A DNA stretch of 64,000 nucleotides from Marinicella sp. (GCA_965230295.1 OZ246001.1:96001-160000); one strand, 5' to 3'. Shown: positions 38,154 through 49,542, counted from the first letter of the stretch. Notes: generated from the sequence alone by a model not told the origin. Made by a program: numbers and translations.

Positions 38154-39335
38154 ATGGAAGAAACCTTCGACATTGAAATACCGAACTTTACTTTGGGCAA
38201 AGAAATTGGTCGCGGCGGCATGGCGCGAGTCTTTATTGGTGAACAACTTGAGCCCAAAAGACCGGTGGCCATAAAAATTGTGACACCTCAAGGCAACGAC
38301 CCGAAAATCCTGGAAGATTTACAGAAAGAAGGTGATACGGTTGCACAATTTTCCCATCCAAACATCGTGACGGTATTCTCATGTGGTGTGATTGAGCAAA
38401 ATTACTACCTGGCCATGGAAATTCTCGGTGGCGGTGACCTCAAGCAAAAAATCGAATCTGGCATCACCGAATTGGAAGCCTTCAACATCATGCTGGATAT
38501 GGCCAAAGCCCTGGAACATGCACACAAAAGGGGTACATTACATCGAGACATCAAACCAGAAAACATTTTATTTCATGAAGATGGTCAGGCTGTTCTGGTT
38601 GACTTTGGTATTGCCAAAGCTCAAAACACCGTCAGTGAATTCACCCGGGTGGGTGCAGTTGTCGGCACCCCGCATTACATGAGTCCAGAGCGTGCTTTGG
38701 GTAAAACCATTGATGAACGTTCTGATATCTATGCCTTGGGCGTGGTTTTGTATGAAATGTTGATTGGCGAGAAAGTTTTTGAAGGCAGTGATACTTTTGC
38801 CATTTCTTATGCCCATGTGCATGAACCCGTTCCTGATTTACCTGAAGCAAAAGCCAAATACCAAACTTTGTTAAATAAGTTATTGGCAAAGAATCCGGAT
38901 GACCGTTTTCAAACCGCCACCCAATTGGTGGCACAACTTAAAAAATACCTGCGTCGACTGAAACCGGTGACAGATACGACCCATTCTTTTGCGCCGTTAC
39001 CGGACATGGCTGCGAAAAAGAAAACCAGTCTGCTGCCTTTCATCATTACCGGGGTGATTGTTGTGGTGGCTGTGTTGGTTGGTATGCAATTCATGAACAA
39101 CAATGGCACCGCGGTTGATGTCAATTTGGCTGAATTAACACCCAGTCAAAAAGTAGAGCTGTCCAACAAACTTGCAGCAGCCAACAGTTTTTTCAATCAG
39201 GAATTGTTTGACAATGCCGAGAACTTATACATTGATATTTTGACCAATTACAACTGTAAAGAAGAGGATGCACGCGGTCGACTTGAAATCATTAATCCCG
39301 GGAAATTACAAGGCATACTTGACGCATGTGATTAA
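38154..39335 (+). CDS. Hanks-type Ser/Thr protein kinase with TM helix
   Basis: IGRGGMA.V, VAIK, HRDIKPEN, DFGIAK and GTPHYMSPE; TM helix near residue 295. Confidence 0.95.
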   Translation: MEETFDIEIPNFTLGKEIGRGGMARVFIGEQLEPKRPVAIKIVTPQGNDPKILEDLQKEGDTVAQFSHPNIVTVFSCGVIEQNYYLAMEILGGGDLKQKIESGITELEAFNIMLDMAKALEHAHKRGTLHRDIKPENILFHEDGQAVLVDFGIAKAQNTVSEFTRVGAVVGTPHYMSPERALGKTIDERSDIYALGVVLYEMLIGEKVFEGSDTFAISYAHVHEPVPDLPEAKAKYQTLLNKLLAKNPDDRFQTATQLVAQLKKYLRRLKPVTDTTHSFAPLPDMAAKKKTSLLPFIITGVIVVVAVLVGMQFMNNNGTAVDVNLAELTPSQKVELSNKLAAANSFFNQELFDNAENLYIDILTNYNCKEEDARGRLEIINPGKLQGILDACD

Positions 39336-39357
39336 ACAATTCACATCAATTAGATGC

Positions 39358-39387
39358 AAAAAAACCCTGAAATCTCAGGGTTTTTTT
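39358..39387. terminator. Bidirectional intrinsic terminator
   Basis: AAAAAAACCCTGA-AATC-TCAGGGTTTTTTT between convergent genes. Confidence 0.85.
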
Positions 39388-39410
39388 ATGATTAAATTAT
39401 GCGGTTTGTC

Positions 39411-41384
39411 TTATATGTTTTCTGGCAAAAAATAAAACTCACTGCCCTCATGACCGGCGTGCTTCACAGCAGTATATTCCGGGCTTTGTTGGATACCGGA
39501 TAATTTAGATCGCAACCTGACTTGTTGATCCAGGGCTTTGTACAGCCTATATCCTTCCATCACCCCATCATTTTCACGCAATACATCCAATAAAGCAGAA
39601 GCAAAGATTGAATGGCCATCACCACCACTGTCTAACACCGGTTGTAAGCCACCTGAGGTTAACACCGTTCTGGCTTTGACCCTTGAAGTGAACAACAAAT
39701 CATTTTCTTCCACATCTTCAGGAAATGGCCTGATGGAAGAACCTGACATGGTACCTGAGTAACATGAGTCGGCGATCACCATCACATGTTTGGCTTTCAT
39801 ACTGGACATGAATTCACTGATGACATTGTTAGGAATCCAAGTCTTTTTATCATCCAGTTTGGCATCGGTCGGGATCCAATAACCATTTTGACGTTCATCA
39901 ATCAAGCCATGGCCCGCATAATAAACCACCAAATTATCCAGCTTACCCAATTTCTCCTGGTAATCAGCCAAAGCTTGTACAATGGTTAAATGTGAAGCAT
40001 TTTCCAAAACCTGAGTTTTGTATCCATAGTTGTCGCGCAAGACTTTGGCCACTTGTTGTGCATCATTGATAGCAGTGCCCAAATCTTCAAGATCTGCATA
40101 GCTGTTGTTGCCAATGATCAAGGCATGGTAGGTTCCAAGGTCTTGTTGAAAACGCTTGGTAAACAAGTCGGTTAGGTACCTGGGTTTGATTTGTTCCAGA
40201 ATCTGTCTGACCACCACAAATCGTTCAACAGACTTGGATCCATCGTTTTTAACCGCTTCAATGCTGACTGGGGTGTCATCATCTTTCACCAATGGCACAT
40301 CAACACTGAATATGCCGGTATCGGTCAGCTTGTCGGTGATGTTGTTGTTGTTCAAAGTCAAACCGGCCACTTCTTCAGGTGGGTTCACACTGCCCATAAT
40401 TGACATGGAAGTGGCCTCATTATTGGCAATGGGGATACTTCGGATACCACGAGTCAAAAGGATGTCCGGGGTGATCACATTGATACCAAACTGATCGGTA
40501 TTCATGGCGATTTCTTGGCCACTTTCGGCAGCTATTTTCCTCACCAATGTAGACGCCAACTCTTTGCTTTCTTCATTTTGATTGGTTAAATCTTTAACTT
40601 GTTGCTCCAACTTGGCGATTTGACTCTGAACGGCAGGGTCATCTTTCTTGTCCCTGAGCTCAGCCTGCAACCTTTGTAGCTCGGTGTTGGCTGACTTGAT
40701 GTAGTCTTGGGTTTTTTGGTAATTTTCAGAGACATCGGAAAGCTCATTTTTCAAATTTGAAACTTCCCTTTCCAACTGAATTCTTTGGTATTCTTTTTCT
40801 CTTCTGTCACGCAGGTCTTGTTCAGTGACCAATTCTAATTTGGCTTCAGTCACCCCTGCCGCCTGGCGATATAAGTTGATGGCTTTGACCGAATCTTGAG
40901 GAACACCTAAGCCTTTTTCATACAGATTTCCCAAATTTAATTGGGCAGAAGAAAAGCCCTGGTCGGCGGCTTTTTGATACCAGGCTGCTGCTGATTCATA
41001 ATCAGGGGTACCATTGATGCCGCGCTCAAACAGTTCACCCATGTAGTTTTGTGCAGTGGCATCACCACCATCGGCTTGTTGTTTCCACACTTTAGCCACT
41101 GTAGCGAAATTTGATTCATCATATGCCACGTATTCACCACCACGCAAAGCACATTCCTTGGCAGTGAGCTTAGCAGGTTTGCGAGGCGGTACATAGGTGA
41201 AGTTTTGGCCCAACTGTCGGATTTGTGGAGGTAACAAACAATCCACAATGTAAAGCTGATCCGGGGTGATTTGCCCCTCTTTGACCCCTTTTACTTTTTT
41301 CGAACGTTTGGCATTCGCATCGCTGATGATCAGCGAGGTCAGTGCGAAGATAACCAATAGATATTTAAACAAAACGTTTTTCAT
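39411..41384 (-). CDS. Secreted Sel1-repeat, coiled-coil, caspase-like (peptidase C14) protein
   Basis: Signal peptide; Sel1 repeats (AQLNLGNLYEKGLGV); coiled coil; ALIIGN, YAGHG and DSCYSG His/Cys dyad. Confidence 0.9.
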   Translation of the reverse strand: MKNVLFKYLLVIFALTSLIISDANAKRSKKVKGVKEGQITPDQLYIVDCLLPPQIRQLGQNFTYVPPRKPAKLTAKECALRGGEYVAYDESNFATVAKVWKQQADGGDATAQNYMGELFERGINGTPDYESAAAWYQKAADQGFSSAQLNLGNLYEKGLGVPQDSVKAINLYRQAAGVTEAKLELVTEQDLRDRREKEYQRIQLEREVSNLKNELSDVSENYQKTQDYIKSANTELQRLQAELRDKKDDPAVQSQIAKLEQQVKDLTNQNEESKELASTLVRKIAAESGQEIAMNTDQFGINVITPDILLTRGIRSIPIANNEATSMSIMGSVNPPEEVAGLTLNNNNITDKLTDTGIFSVDVPLVKDDDTPVSIEAVKNDGSKSVERFVVVRQILEQIKPRYLTDLFTKRFQQDLGTYHALIIGNNSYADLEDLGTAINDAQQVAKVLRDNYGYKTQVLENASHLTIVQALADYQEKLGKLDNLVVYYAGHGLIDERQNGYWIPTDAKLDDKKTWIPNNVISEFMSSMKAKHVMVIADSCYSGTMSGSSIRPFPEDVEENDLLFTSRVKARTVLTSGGLQPVLDSGGDGHSIFASALLDVLRENDGVMEGYRLYKALDQQVRLRSKLSGIQQSPEYTAVKHAGHEGSEFYFLPENI

Positions 41385-41395
41385 GATTTCACCTG

Positions 41396-44300
41396 TTAAA
41401 ACTCAAATCTGGCACCTATATTGATGGTACCTCGTGTAAACCCTTCTAAGCCGAAGATGCTTCGGTAGTTAATGTAAGCTTGCTTACCGTTGGCGCCAAT
41501 GAACACCAAACCAACACCAGCAGAACCATATGTTCGGTCTGGCTCATCAGTAGCAATGAAGAAAATTTCATCATCCGGCGCATCAATGAATCTGGCTTCA
41601 ACAAAACCACCATCATTTTCTGTTTCCCGACTGAAGTTAAAATCGAACTGTGGTGCCAATACCCCATTTTTCAAACTGATGGCCTTCGATACGCTGGCAC
41701 CCACCGACCAGACCATGCTTTTCACTTCTTGTTCAGCAAATGCAAAATTAAAACCACCTGCTCCAGTCTCCTGGAAGGCATCAATGGTCGTTTTGACATA
41801 CCTGAATGATGCATTGGGTGTGATGTTCCAGGCATTTTTATTGAAGTGGTAACCCATACTCATGGCCACAGAATACTGGTCAGAGTCGGTTTTACCTGTG
41901 GCCACCCGGTCCACAGCTATGTTGTCTAAATTGAAGTTAATTCGCCGGTTTTGTTCAAAGTCAGGATTACCATAACTGACCCTGCCATCCAGGTATAAAT
42001 TATCCTTCAAATAGAATGAACCATATCCTGTGAGGGTGAATCCAGTTGACTTCATCTCGGCTTCACCTTCAATTTCAGAATCAAAATTGGCATAGCCTAA
42101 GGCTAATCCGGCAACTTTGGTTGGGCTGAACCGGTAATCAACACCGGCTGTTAAACCAAATGTATCAAAGTCGAAACCCAGTTCTCGTCCTGTGGTATCT
42201 CGTTCACCCATTGAAATACTGCCATTGACAAATACACCCCATGGAGAGACAAAATCGCTGATGTTACTGGTTGCCGGGTCTTCTTCTGATTCATTCAAAT
42301 AAGCCAACATACCAATTGGAATCGATTCATTGCCATAACGTCCCGTTAGACCCGATACATTGAAACCAGCCCCACCACCGCCTTTTAATTGTGCCAACCT
42401 TGAGTCCACATTGCGGTACTGTGATGTGATGATTTCAGCGGCAGAATTAGATTGACCAGCCACTTCATTGGGGGTGATCTCTTCCATCAGATTGATGATG
42501 TCCCCACCATTTTCAGGTCGAGCCCCAGCAATGAGTTCTTCACAGAGGCCTTCTATGGCCATGAAATAACTCCTTGCACAATAACTCGAAACATTTCTGA
42601 TGGTTTGCATCACCGTGTCACTGGCAGAACTGCCCACCACACCATCAAATATGGCAAATATCTCCTCCTCAGTCGGCGTTCTGGTCACGTCATTGTTGAA
42701 GCTGACCATGTTGTTACCAGGTTGGGTGTCCATCGAATCTGATTCAATAGACGCATTAAGCACGATGGGTTGTGATTGTTGAACGACTTGTTGCGTGTTA
42801 ACCCTGAGGTTTATAGTTGACATATCACCTACTTGGAAGTCGCTGGGGTAGGTGCAATTAACTGCAGTGTTGTTGACTTGACAGGCCCAACCATCGGCAC
42901 TGACTAACTGAACATTCTGAATCAAACCACTGATGCTGGCATTCAATCGTGCATTAACCGCACGATCAGGGCCATTGTTTAAAGCTATGAAAGACAGCTC
43001 AACTGAATCTCCTTGTTGGACTTGTTGTTGACTGACGTTCAATTCCAATGCCAAATCAGCATCTAAATCAGCAACCGTATTGACGGTAATTTGACCTGAC
43101 CCCTGGTTGTTTGAAGGGTCGGGGTCAAATGTGTCGGCTGTCACTTCCACATCATTGAATATGACGCCACTGAACCCAGCAACAAAGGTTCCATCCAACA
43201 GTATCTGCTGAGACTGGTTATTGGGTAAGGCAGCTATTTCACACATCAACGAAGTGTCTAATAAGGTACAGCTGACACCTGCTCCCACTTGTACGTTTCC
43301 AGGAATAAAACCAACAGGCAGTTGGTTGATTATTTCTACATTTTCAGCCGCGTTTGGACCCATGTTAGAGACTTCAATGGTCCATGAGACTTGTTCTGTA
43401 TTGATCACTGTTGAATTATTGGCTTCAACGGTCACAGCCAAATCAGCTCTGGCCACCCCACCAGTCCCATTGACCACATTCACAGGTGCTGAATCTGAAT
43501 CATTACTTGGGTTTTCATCACCGGGTAATGACACAGCGGCATTGTTGGTGAATTGACCGGTGGTATCCGGAGCAATGACATTAAGACTCAACTGCGTGTG
43601 ATTGCCGGAAGTTAAACTGCCATTGAATTGACATGTCACAGAAGTATTACCTTCACAAACCCAACCACTTCCTGAATAACCTTGTAGGACCATACCCTCA
43701 GGTAAATTATCTGTCAAAATGAAGCTGGTTTGGGTTTCACTGCCAACATTAAGCACATCCAACAAGTAGGTTAACGGTTCATTGGTACCCACTTCATTGA
43801 CTGATGCAGTTTTGGTCAAGGACAAATCATTGGCAGCATTACCAAGGACCACCACCCTGTTGTAGGCAGTTTTGAGTACGCCATCAGCATTCACCGCAAC
43901 GTTGCTATCCACTGGGCCAATGAAATCATCCACCTGTAAGCGTACATCGATACTGGAAGACTCACCTTGTAACAAAGTTGAAATGTTGTTACACGTGATG
44001 ATCGGGTTGTCAAAAGTACAGCTGTAGTCATTGCTGCTTACTCCTAACAGGTTAGCTTGCTCGGGTACGGCATAAAAAGCACTGACATTAACGATGTCGA
44101 AACTGCCCGTATTATTGATGGATATGATTTCAGTGTATGGCGTTCCAACTTCTACTTCAGGTGTCGTACTGATGATACTGACAAACACATCACTGGTACT
44201 GAATGCCACAGGTAAACTTTCACTCAATGGCGTACTCAATTCCAGGGCATCAAACGTGGTGTTTAAGGCATAGGTTTGATTGGGAACTGGATTAGCAACC

Positions 44301-47056
44301 GAGGTGGTTTGAATGGTTACATTCACATTACCGCTGGCGGCCAAAGGCGGGGTATAAATACAGCTAACCAAACCTGAATTTTCAGCACAGCTGACTCCAG
44401 GATCCCCGCTGAAACCGTTGTAAGTGAAGCCAGTGGGTATTTGGCTGTCAATTTGGACACCAGTCAAAGTTGCCGTACCCATATTAGAGGCCAAGACGAC
44501 AAAATCGACATCGGCTCCAGGGTCCACAGGACTTGGAACTTGGCTTAAATTCAAAGCACCCATGGCATTCAATAAACTCAGTGTTATTGAGTCATTGACG
44601 GCTGGTCCAATGTTTGTTCCTATAACTTGCATTTGATTGAAAATACTGGTTACAGCTGTGTTACTGGTGGCCGTGACATCCAACACAATCTGAGCAGTCG
44701 CACCTGAGGGCAATGGGTTGTCCAAGGTACAATCTACGATGTCGCCTCCCCCTCTTTGTATCATGATCATCGTACAAGTCCAACCAGTTGCAGTGGTGTT
44801 GTTCAATGAGACATCAATGGGCAGATTGTCAGTGACCTGGATATTCAGGGCATCATTGGGACCGGTGTTTTGTACTTCAAGGACATATTCAAAGTTTTGT
44901 CCGTAGTTTACGGTGGTAATGGGTACACCAGCCACCGATGCCCTTTTAGTAGCGGTTACGGTGGTTACCGTAGGCCCCGTGATCACCACAGTAGGCGCAG
45001 AATCGGTGTTGTTCCCGGTATTGCCATCCGGGTCAGCAACAGTAACAACCGTGGCAGCATTGTTAACATTCGGGCTGGCTGTGGCAGCTGTTACATTGAT
45101 GTCAATGGTGACATCTTCAGCAATCTGGAAAGGCGCCCCACCCGTATCACAACTGACCAAACCTCCTGTGGCCGAGCCATCATGGGTACAACTTACGGGT
45201 GTGCCATTAACAGAAGCCGTCACAAATGAGTCAAAACTGACTTCAGGTGGCAATTGATCTGTAATGACGACATCAACAGGAGATGCTGTTGAAGGTGCTG
45301 GGTTAGATACAGCTAAAAAGTAAGTGAATGTGTCATTGACCGCAAAATTGGTTCCACTGACGGTTTTAACTACCGAGAAATCTGCCGATCCGGCATTGAT
45401 GGTATCAACCTGCCCGTCTGAATTGTTGCTGGTGAATGAGTCGGCAGCACTGAAAATGTCAGCATTGGCAAATGCCCCGGTACCTGTTGGCGTCACAGCC
45501 AAAACTTCCACACTGAAATCATGTGTCGAGAATGATACAAAGGGCGCTCCCGCTCGATCACAACTGATATCACCGCCATTGGGTGAACCATCATGATTAC
45601 AAAACCAGCCAGGCGCATTGGCCAGATTGACATTGGTGAAACTGACTTCAGTGGGTAAATTTATACTGACAGTTGTATCAGAAGGACTGGCTGTAGAGCC
45701 CATGGGGTTATTGACTTGAATCCCATAAAAAATAGAGTCGCCTTGATTGTAAGTCGAACCTGATGAAGTGAACACCAAAGACAAATCTGCATCCCCTGGG
45801 AAAATATCAAAAAATCCATTGGCCACATCATTGGAAGGATTGGGGTCAAAATCACTGGTCACAATCGCAGATGCACCCAGGGTTGTACCAGCAGTAGTGG
45901 CTACGGCCACCACTTCTATGAATGTATTGGTACCGATAGGTACAGGGTTTCCTTGGCTGTCACAAGTCACATCACCGCCAGTTGGCGAACCATCATGGGT
46001 ACATGCCCAACCGGCCGCATTGGTCACTTGTGCCGAATTAAACACCACTTCATTAGGCAATGTAGTCACCACCGTATTGTTGGTGGGTGCAGCAGTTGAC
46101 GCAAACGGATTGTGTAAGGTTAAATCAAGAGTCACCAGATCACCCACAGTATATGTGGTCTGATTGGGGATCAAAGTCAAGTCCAGGTCTGCCGAAGGTG
46201 GCCCAGCCAAGACGACGAAGCCAACCGTATCACTGTTGTTGCTTGGAAAGGGATCGACTTCATCAGCAGATACATCTGCCACATTGGTTTTGGGACCAGG
46301 TTGTGCGTTGATATCAACCGTGGTAGCGATGGTGAAATCCAAGGCGTCCCCTGTTGGTAGGCTCAACACAGTACATTGTATCACTGAGCCAGTATCTACA
46401 CATTCTGGACTTGAACCACCGGGTTCGAAAATGAGGTTGTTAACAATGATGTCATCAGTAATGATTACATTATTGGCATCAGGCCCCAACGCGTTGCTCA
46501 CATTCAGATTAAAATTAATCTGATCTCCTGGATTGACATTGTTAGGGAACCCCGGCGTAATGGATTTGGTGATTTCCAAATCGACACTGCCACCCAAGAA
46601 CTGAATATCAATCAATGCTGTGTTGTCGCTGGTATTGACTTCCACACCACCCACATCACTGACAGTGGCCACAATGGCAGGCATGTAGGTAAAATCTCCA
46701 GGTTGATGGATAATGCCTACCCCTAAAGTGGTGGTACCACCAAAAGCATTGAGGGGGCCCTGATATAGACATGTGTTGAGGTTTTGCAGGTTACTACAAT
46801 CCCAATTGGGATCTCCAGTAATGGTGCCTTCAAAATCCAGCAACGGGTCCTGGAGTTGAATATCAATAAGGATGCCGTCTCCAGCAATTAAATCACCGTC
46901 ATTATTGACATTGAATTCGACAATATGTGCCTGACCATCACCAGGAAACTGGAATGGCGTGTCTGTGTTCATGTTCAAATCAGGCTGAGCCAGTACAACA
47001 GCACTCAACATCAATAAAATGACCGATAACAAGTAACGATGATTCAACTTATTCAT
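41396..47056 (-). CDS. Autotransporter with multiple DUF11 repeats
   Basis: Signal peptide; repeated ADL.L.K...N.GP..A...D.LP...D.NP.NN modules; C-terminal barrel (G.DYRF, terminal ARFEF). Confidence 0.9.
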   Translation of the reverse strand: MNKLNHRYLLSVILLMLSAVVLAQPDLNMNTDTPFQFPGDGQAHIVEFNVNNDGDLIAGDGILIDIQLQDPLLDFEGTITGDPNWDCSNLQNLNTCLYQGPLNAFGGTTTLGVGIIHQPGDFTYMPAIVATVSDVGGVEVNTSDNTALIDIQFLGGSVDLEITKSITPGFPNNVNPGDQINFNLNVSNALGPDANNVIITDDIIVNNLIFEPGGSSPECVDTGSVIQCTVLSLPTGDALDFTIATTVDINAQPGPKTNVADVSADEVDPFPSNNSDTVGFVVLAGPPSADLDLTLIPNQTTYTVGDLVTLDLTLHNPFASTAAPTNNTVVTTLPNEVVFNSAQVTNAAGWACTHDGSPTGGDVTCDSQGNPVPIGTNTFIEVVAVATTAGTTLGASAIVTSDFDPNPSNDVANGFFDIFPGDADLSLVFTSSGSTYNQGDSIFYGIQVNNPMGSTASPSDTTVSINLPTEVSFTNVNLANAPGWFCNHDGSPNGGDISCDRAGAPFVSFSTHDFSVEVLAVTPTGTGAFANADIFSAADSFTSNNSDGQVDTINAGSADFSVVKTVSGTNFAVNDTFTYFLAVSNPAPSTASPVDVVITDQLPPEVSFDSFVTASVNGTPVSCTHDGSATGGLVSCDTGGAPFQIAEDVTIDINVTAATASPNVNNAATVVTVADPDGNTGNNTDSAPTVVITGPTVTTVTATKRASVAGVPITTVNYGQNFEYVLEVQNTGPNDALNIQVTDNLPIDVSLNNTTATGWTCTMIMIQRGGGDIVDCTLDNPLPSGATAQIVLDVTATSNTAVTSIFNQMQVIGTNIGPAVNDSITLSLLNAMGALNLSQVPSPVDPGADVDFVVLASNMGTATLTGVQIDSQIPTGFTYNGFSGDPGVSCAENSGLVSCIYTPPLAASGNVNVTIQTTSVANPVPNQTYALNTTFDALELSTPLSESLPVAFSTSDVFVSIISTTPEVEVGTPYTEIISINNTGSFDIVNVSAFYAVPEQANLLGVSSNDYSCTFDNPIITCNNISTLLQGESSSIDVRLQVDDFIGPVDSNVAVNADGVLKTAYNRVVVLGNAANDLSLTKTASVNEVGTNEPLTYLLDVLNVGSETQTSFILTDNLPEGMVLQGYSGSGWVCEGNTSVTCQFNGSLTSGNHTQLSLNVIAPDTTGQFTNNAAVSLPGDENPSNDSDSAPVNVVNGTGGVARADLAVTVEANNSTVINTEQVSWTIEVSNMGPNAAENVEIINQLPVGFIPGNVQVGAGVSCTLLDTSLMCEIAALPNNQSQQILLDGTFVAGFSGVIFNDVEVTADTFDPDPSNNQGSGQITVNTVADLDADLALELNVSQQQVQQGDSVELSFIALNNGPDRAVNARLNASISGLIQNVQLVSADGWACQVNNTAVNCTYPSDFQVGDMSTINLRVNTQQVVQQSQPIVLNASIESDSMDTQPGNNMVSFNNDVTRTPTEEEIFAIFDGVVGSSASDTVMQTIRNVSSYCARSYFMAIEGLCEELIAGARPENGGDIINLMEEITPNEVAGQSNSAAEIITSQYRNVDSRLAQLKGGGGAGFNVSGLTGRYGNESIPIGMLAYLNESEEDPATSNISDFVSPWGVFVNGSISMGERDTTGRELGFDFDTFGLTAGVDYRFSPTKVAGLALGYANFDSEIEGEAEMKSTGFTLTGYGSFYLKDNLYLDGRVSYGNPDFEQNRRINFNLDNIAVDRVATGKTDSDQYSVAMSMGYHFNKNAWNITPNASFRYVKTTIDAFQETGAGGFNFAFAEQEVKSMVWSVGASVSKAISLKNGVLAPQFDFNFSRETENDGGFVEARFIDAPDDEIFFIATDEPDRTYGSAGVGLVFIGANGKQAYINYRSIFGLEGFTRGTINIGARFEF

Positions 47057-47271
47057 ATCCCTTCTCTCTTTTTAAGCACCTTTCTAGGTTTTTAATTGCA
47101 ATTAAACTATAGATTATTTTGAACATGTATCAATTGTTTTTCAATTGTTTACACGTTTAATTGAATAAATTGTGGCACATATCACAAAAATCTTTCATCT
47201 TTTTTGCTTAGAAGCAATGATTTATGAGCTTCTCGAAGAAATATGGGAACGAATTGATGACTTACCGCTTG

Positions 47272-49002
47272 TTAAGCCAAAACGAAGTTGATTTTAAGCT
47301 GCAAACTGCGCTTATTGCGAAATTCGTTGACCATCATTTGATAACACAGGTGCATTTTTTCATCCATTTCAGCAAACTGATTGGGATGGTGGTTGAAGGC
47401 AATGGCAGCAATTTGTTTGCTTAAATCTGTGGTCTGTAAAGTGAGTTTTGTGTGGTTTTCACCAATCAGTTTTTTTTGCTTAACAATGAACCAATCATCG
47501 AAGACCGGCTGTTCAAAGTGTTGCCCCCAGGGACCAGCCGACTGAATAAGTTCTGCGACCCTTAAGCTCAGATCTTCCACCGCCACCGGTCCATCGCTGT
47601 ACACCACTTGTTGTAGTTGATCAGATGATAAACGTGCACTCACTGCATCACCAAATACCTGCTTAAATACAATCAAATCGCATTGCTTCAATGTCAATCC
47701 TGCAGCCATGGCATGACCACCAAACTTTTTAATCAAGCCAGGGTGAGTTGCATCCACATCAACCAACACATCCCTGATGTGCAGCCCTTGGATGCTGCGA
47801 GCTGAACCTTTGACCCATTCTGAATGTTCACCTTCTTTGGCAAATGCGATCACAGGTCGGTGGGTGAACTCTTTGACTTTTGAGGCCAATAACCCCACCA
47901 CTCCTTGGTGCCAGTTTTCATGAAACAAACACAAGGCATCCGGTAATTCTGCCTGTTTTTTGAGCTCATCAACCACAGAATCAGCAAAGCGTTGCATGTC
48001 GGCTTGGATGGCTTTTCGTTGTTGATTGATCGCCTGTAATTGTTGTGCCAATTGTTTGGCTTCAGCTTGATCATCTGTTAACAACAGATTGATACCGATA
48101 CTCATGTCTTCCAAACGTCCTGCCGCATTGAGTCTGGGTGCGATGTAAAAAGCCAAGCTGTCAGCATCGGCGTGGTCTTGGTTTGAACCAGCCACCTGAA
48201 ACAATGCTGAAATCCCTATGACACATCGATGGCTCTTAATCCGTTGTAAACCGGCATTTACCAGTATCCGGTTGTTGACATCCAACGGCACCAAATCCGC
48301 AACCGTGCCCAGTGCCACCAAATCCAATAATTGAGCCAGATTGGGGGCAGCCGAACCTTGGGTTTCAAACCAATGTTCTTCATCCAACTGCTTTCTGATC
48401 GCCGCCATCAGGTAAAACGCCACTCCCACACCTGCAAGAGACTTGCTTGGAAACTCATCACCGGCACAATTCGGGTTGACTATGGCATCTGCTGGTGGCA
48501 GCTTATCTGGTGGTAAATGGTGATCGGTGATGATCACTGACATACCCAAGGCTTTGGCCTTGGTAACACCATCAAAAGATGATATACCGTTGTCAACAGT
48601 GATCACAACTTCGGCCTTCATTTGTTCCAGTTCATCAACCAACTCTGTGGTTAATCCATAACCGTACTCAAAGCGATTGGGCACCAAGAAATTCAAATGT
48701 TGGGCACCCATTTGACGCAAGGCCCTGATAACCAATGCAGTGGCAGTGGCCCCATCGGCATCAAAATCTCCAACAACCACGATCTGTTGTGGTGTTTTGA
48801 TGGCATTAACCGCTACATCAGCAGCTTGATCCAGGCCTTTGAAACCGGCAGGTTGGTGGAGTTGGTTTAAGCGGTAATCAACTTGATCATGGTGAAGTAT
48901 GCCACGGGCCAAATAAAGGCGTTTTATCAAGTGATGTAGGTGCTCAGCACCTGGTATATCATGTTCTGGAACGGCCCTACGGATAAGTTTCGCTTTGGCC
49001 AT
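47272..49002 (-). CDS. recJ: ssDNA-specific exonuclease RecJ
   Basis: GDFDADG, TVDNG, TDHH, PRLNAAGR and GGHAMAAG. Confidence 0.97.
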   Translation of the reverse strand: MAKAKLIRRAVPEHDIPGAEHLHHLIKRLYLARGILHHDQVDYRLNQLHQPAGFKGLDQAADVAVNAIKTPQQIVVVGDFDADGATATALVIRALRQMGAQHLNFLVPNRFEYGYGLTTELVDELEQMKAEVVITVDNGISSFDGVTKAKALGMSVIITDHHLPPDKLPPADAIVNPNCAGDEFPSKSLAGVGVAFYLMAAIRKQLDEEHWFETQGSAAPNLAQLLDLVALGTVADLVPLDVNNRILVNAGLQRIKSHRCVIGISALFQVAGSNQDHADADSLAFYIAPRLNAAGRLEDMSIGINLLLTDDQAEAKQLAQQLQAINQQRKAIQADMQRFADSVVDELKKQAELPDALCLFHENWHQGVVGLLASKVKEFTHRPVIAFAKEGEHSEWVKGSARSIQGLHIRDVLVDVDATHPGLIKKFGGHAMAAGLTLKQCDLIVFKQVFGDAVSARLSSDQLQQVVYSDGPVAVEDLSLRVAELIQSAGPWGQHFEQPVFDDWFIVKQKKLIGENHTKLTLQTTDLSKQIAAIAFNHHPNQFAEMDEKMHLCYQMMVNEFRNKRSLQLKINFVLA

Positions 49003-49022
49003 CAGTCAATATGCTGCATGAT

Positions 49023-49499
49023 TCAGAGGTATTGGATAGATTCAATGAAATAAACCATGTCACCACCCGGGGCCTGCACTTCCACCTCATCGTCTTCACT
49101 TTTACCAATCAAAGCCCTGGCAATGGGAGAACTGATAGAAATCTTACCTGCATCAATATCAGCTTCAGCATCACCGACGATCTGATAGGTCACATGATCG
49201 CCACTTTCTTCTTCTTCCAAAACCACAGTGGCACCAAAAACCACCTTATCACCTACATTGAGGCTGGACACATCGATGATTTGGGCATTGCCAATAATAC
49301 CTTCCAATTCAGCAATGCGACCTTCCGTGAATGACTGCTGTTCGCGCGCTGCATGGTATTCGGCATTTTCTTTCAAATCACCATGGGCACGTGCTTCTGC
49401 CACTGCATCGATGATTTTTGGCCGTTCTTCAGTTTTCAGTCTTTTTAATTCTGCTTTTAATAAATCAGCACCCTGTTGGGTGATTGGAGCTCTGTTCAT
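49023..49499 (-). CDS. greA: Transcription elongation factor GreA
   Basis: [16 protein letters not shown] and [10 protein letters not shown]. Confidence 0.97.
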   Translation of the reverse strand: MNRAPITQQGADLLKAELKRLKTEERPKIIDAVAEARAHGDLKENAEYHAAREQQSFTEGRIAELEGIIGNAQIIDVSSLNVGDKVVFGATVVLEEEESGDHVTYQIVGDAEADIDAGKISISSPIARALIGKSEDDEVEVQAPGGDMVYFIESIQYL

Positions 49500-49542
49500 T
49501 TTTATTCCCTATGGTGAGTTCAGACATCAGCCAAACATCACA

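Noticed and set aside
41446-46523. Many 60-130 aa opposite-strand ORFs within the autotransporter (and similar ones inside acs, carB, parE and sufS)
   Set aside because: They are shadow frames of long, well-supported genes and carry no motifs.
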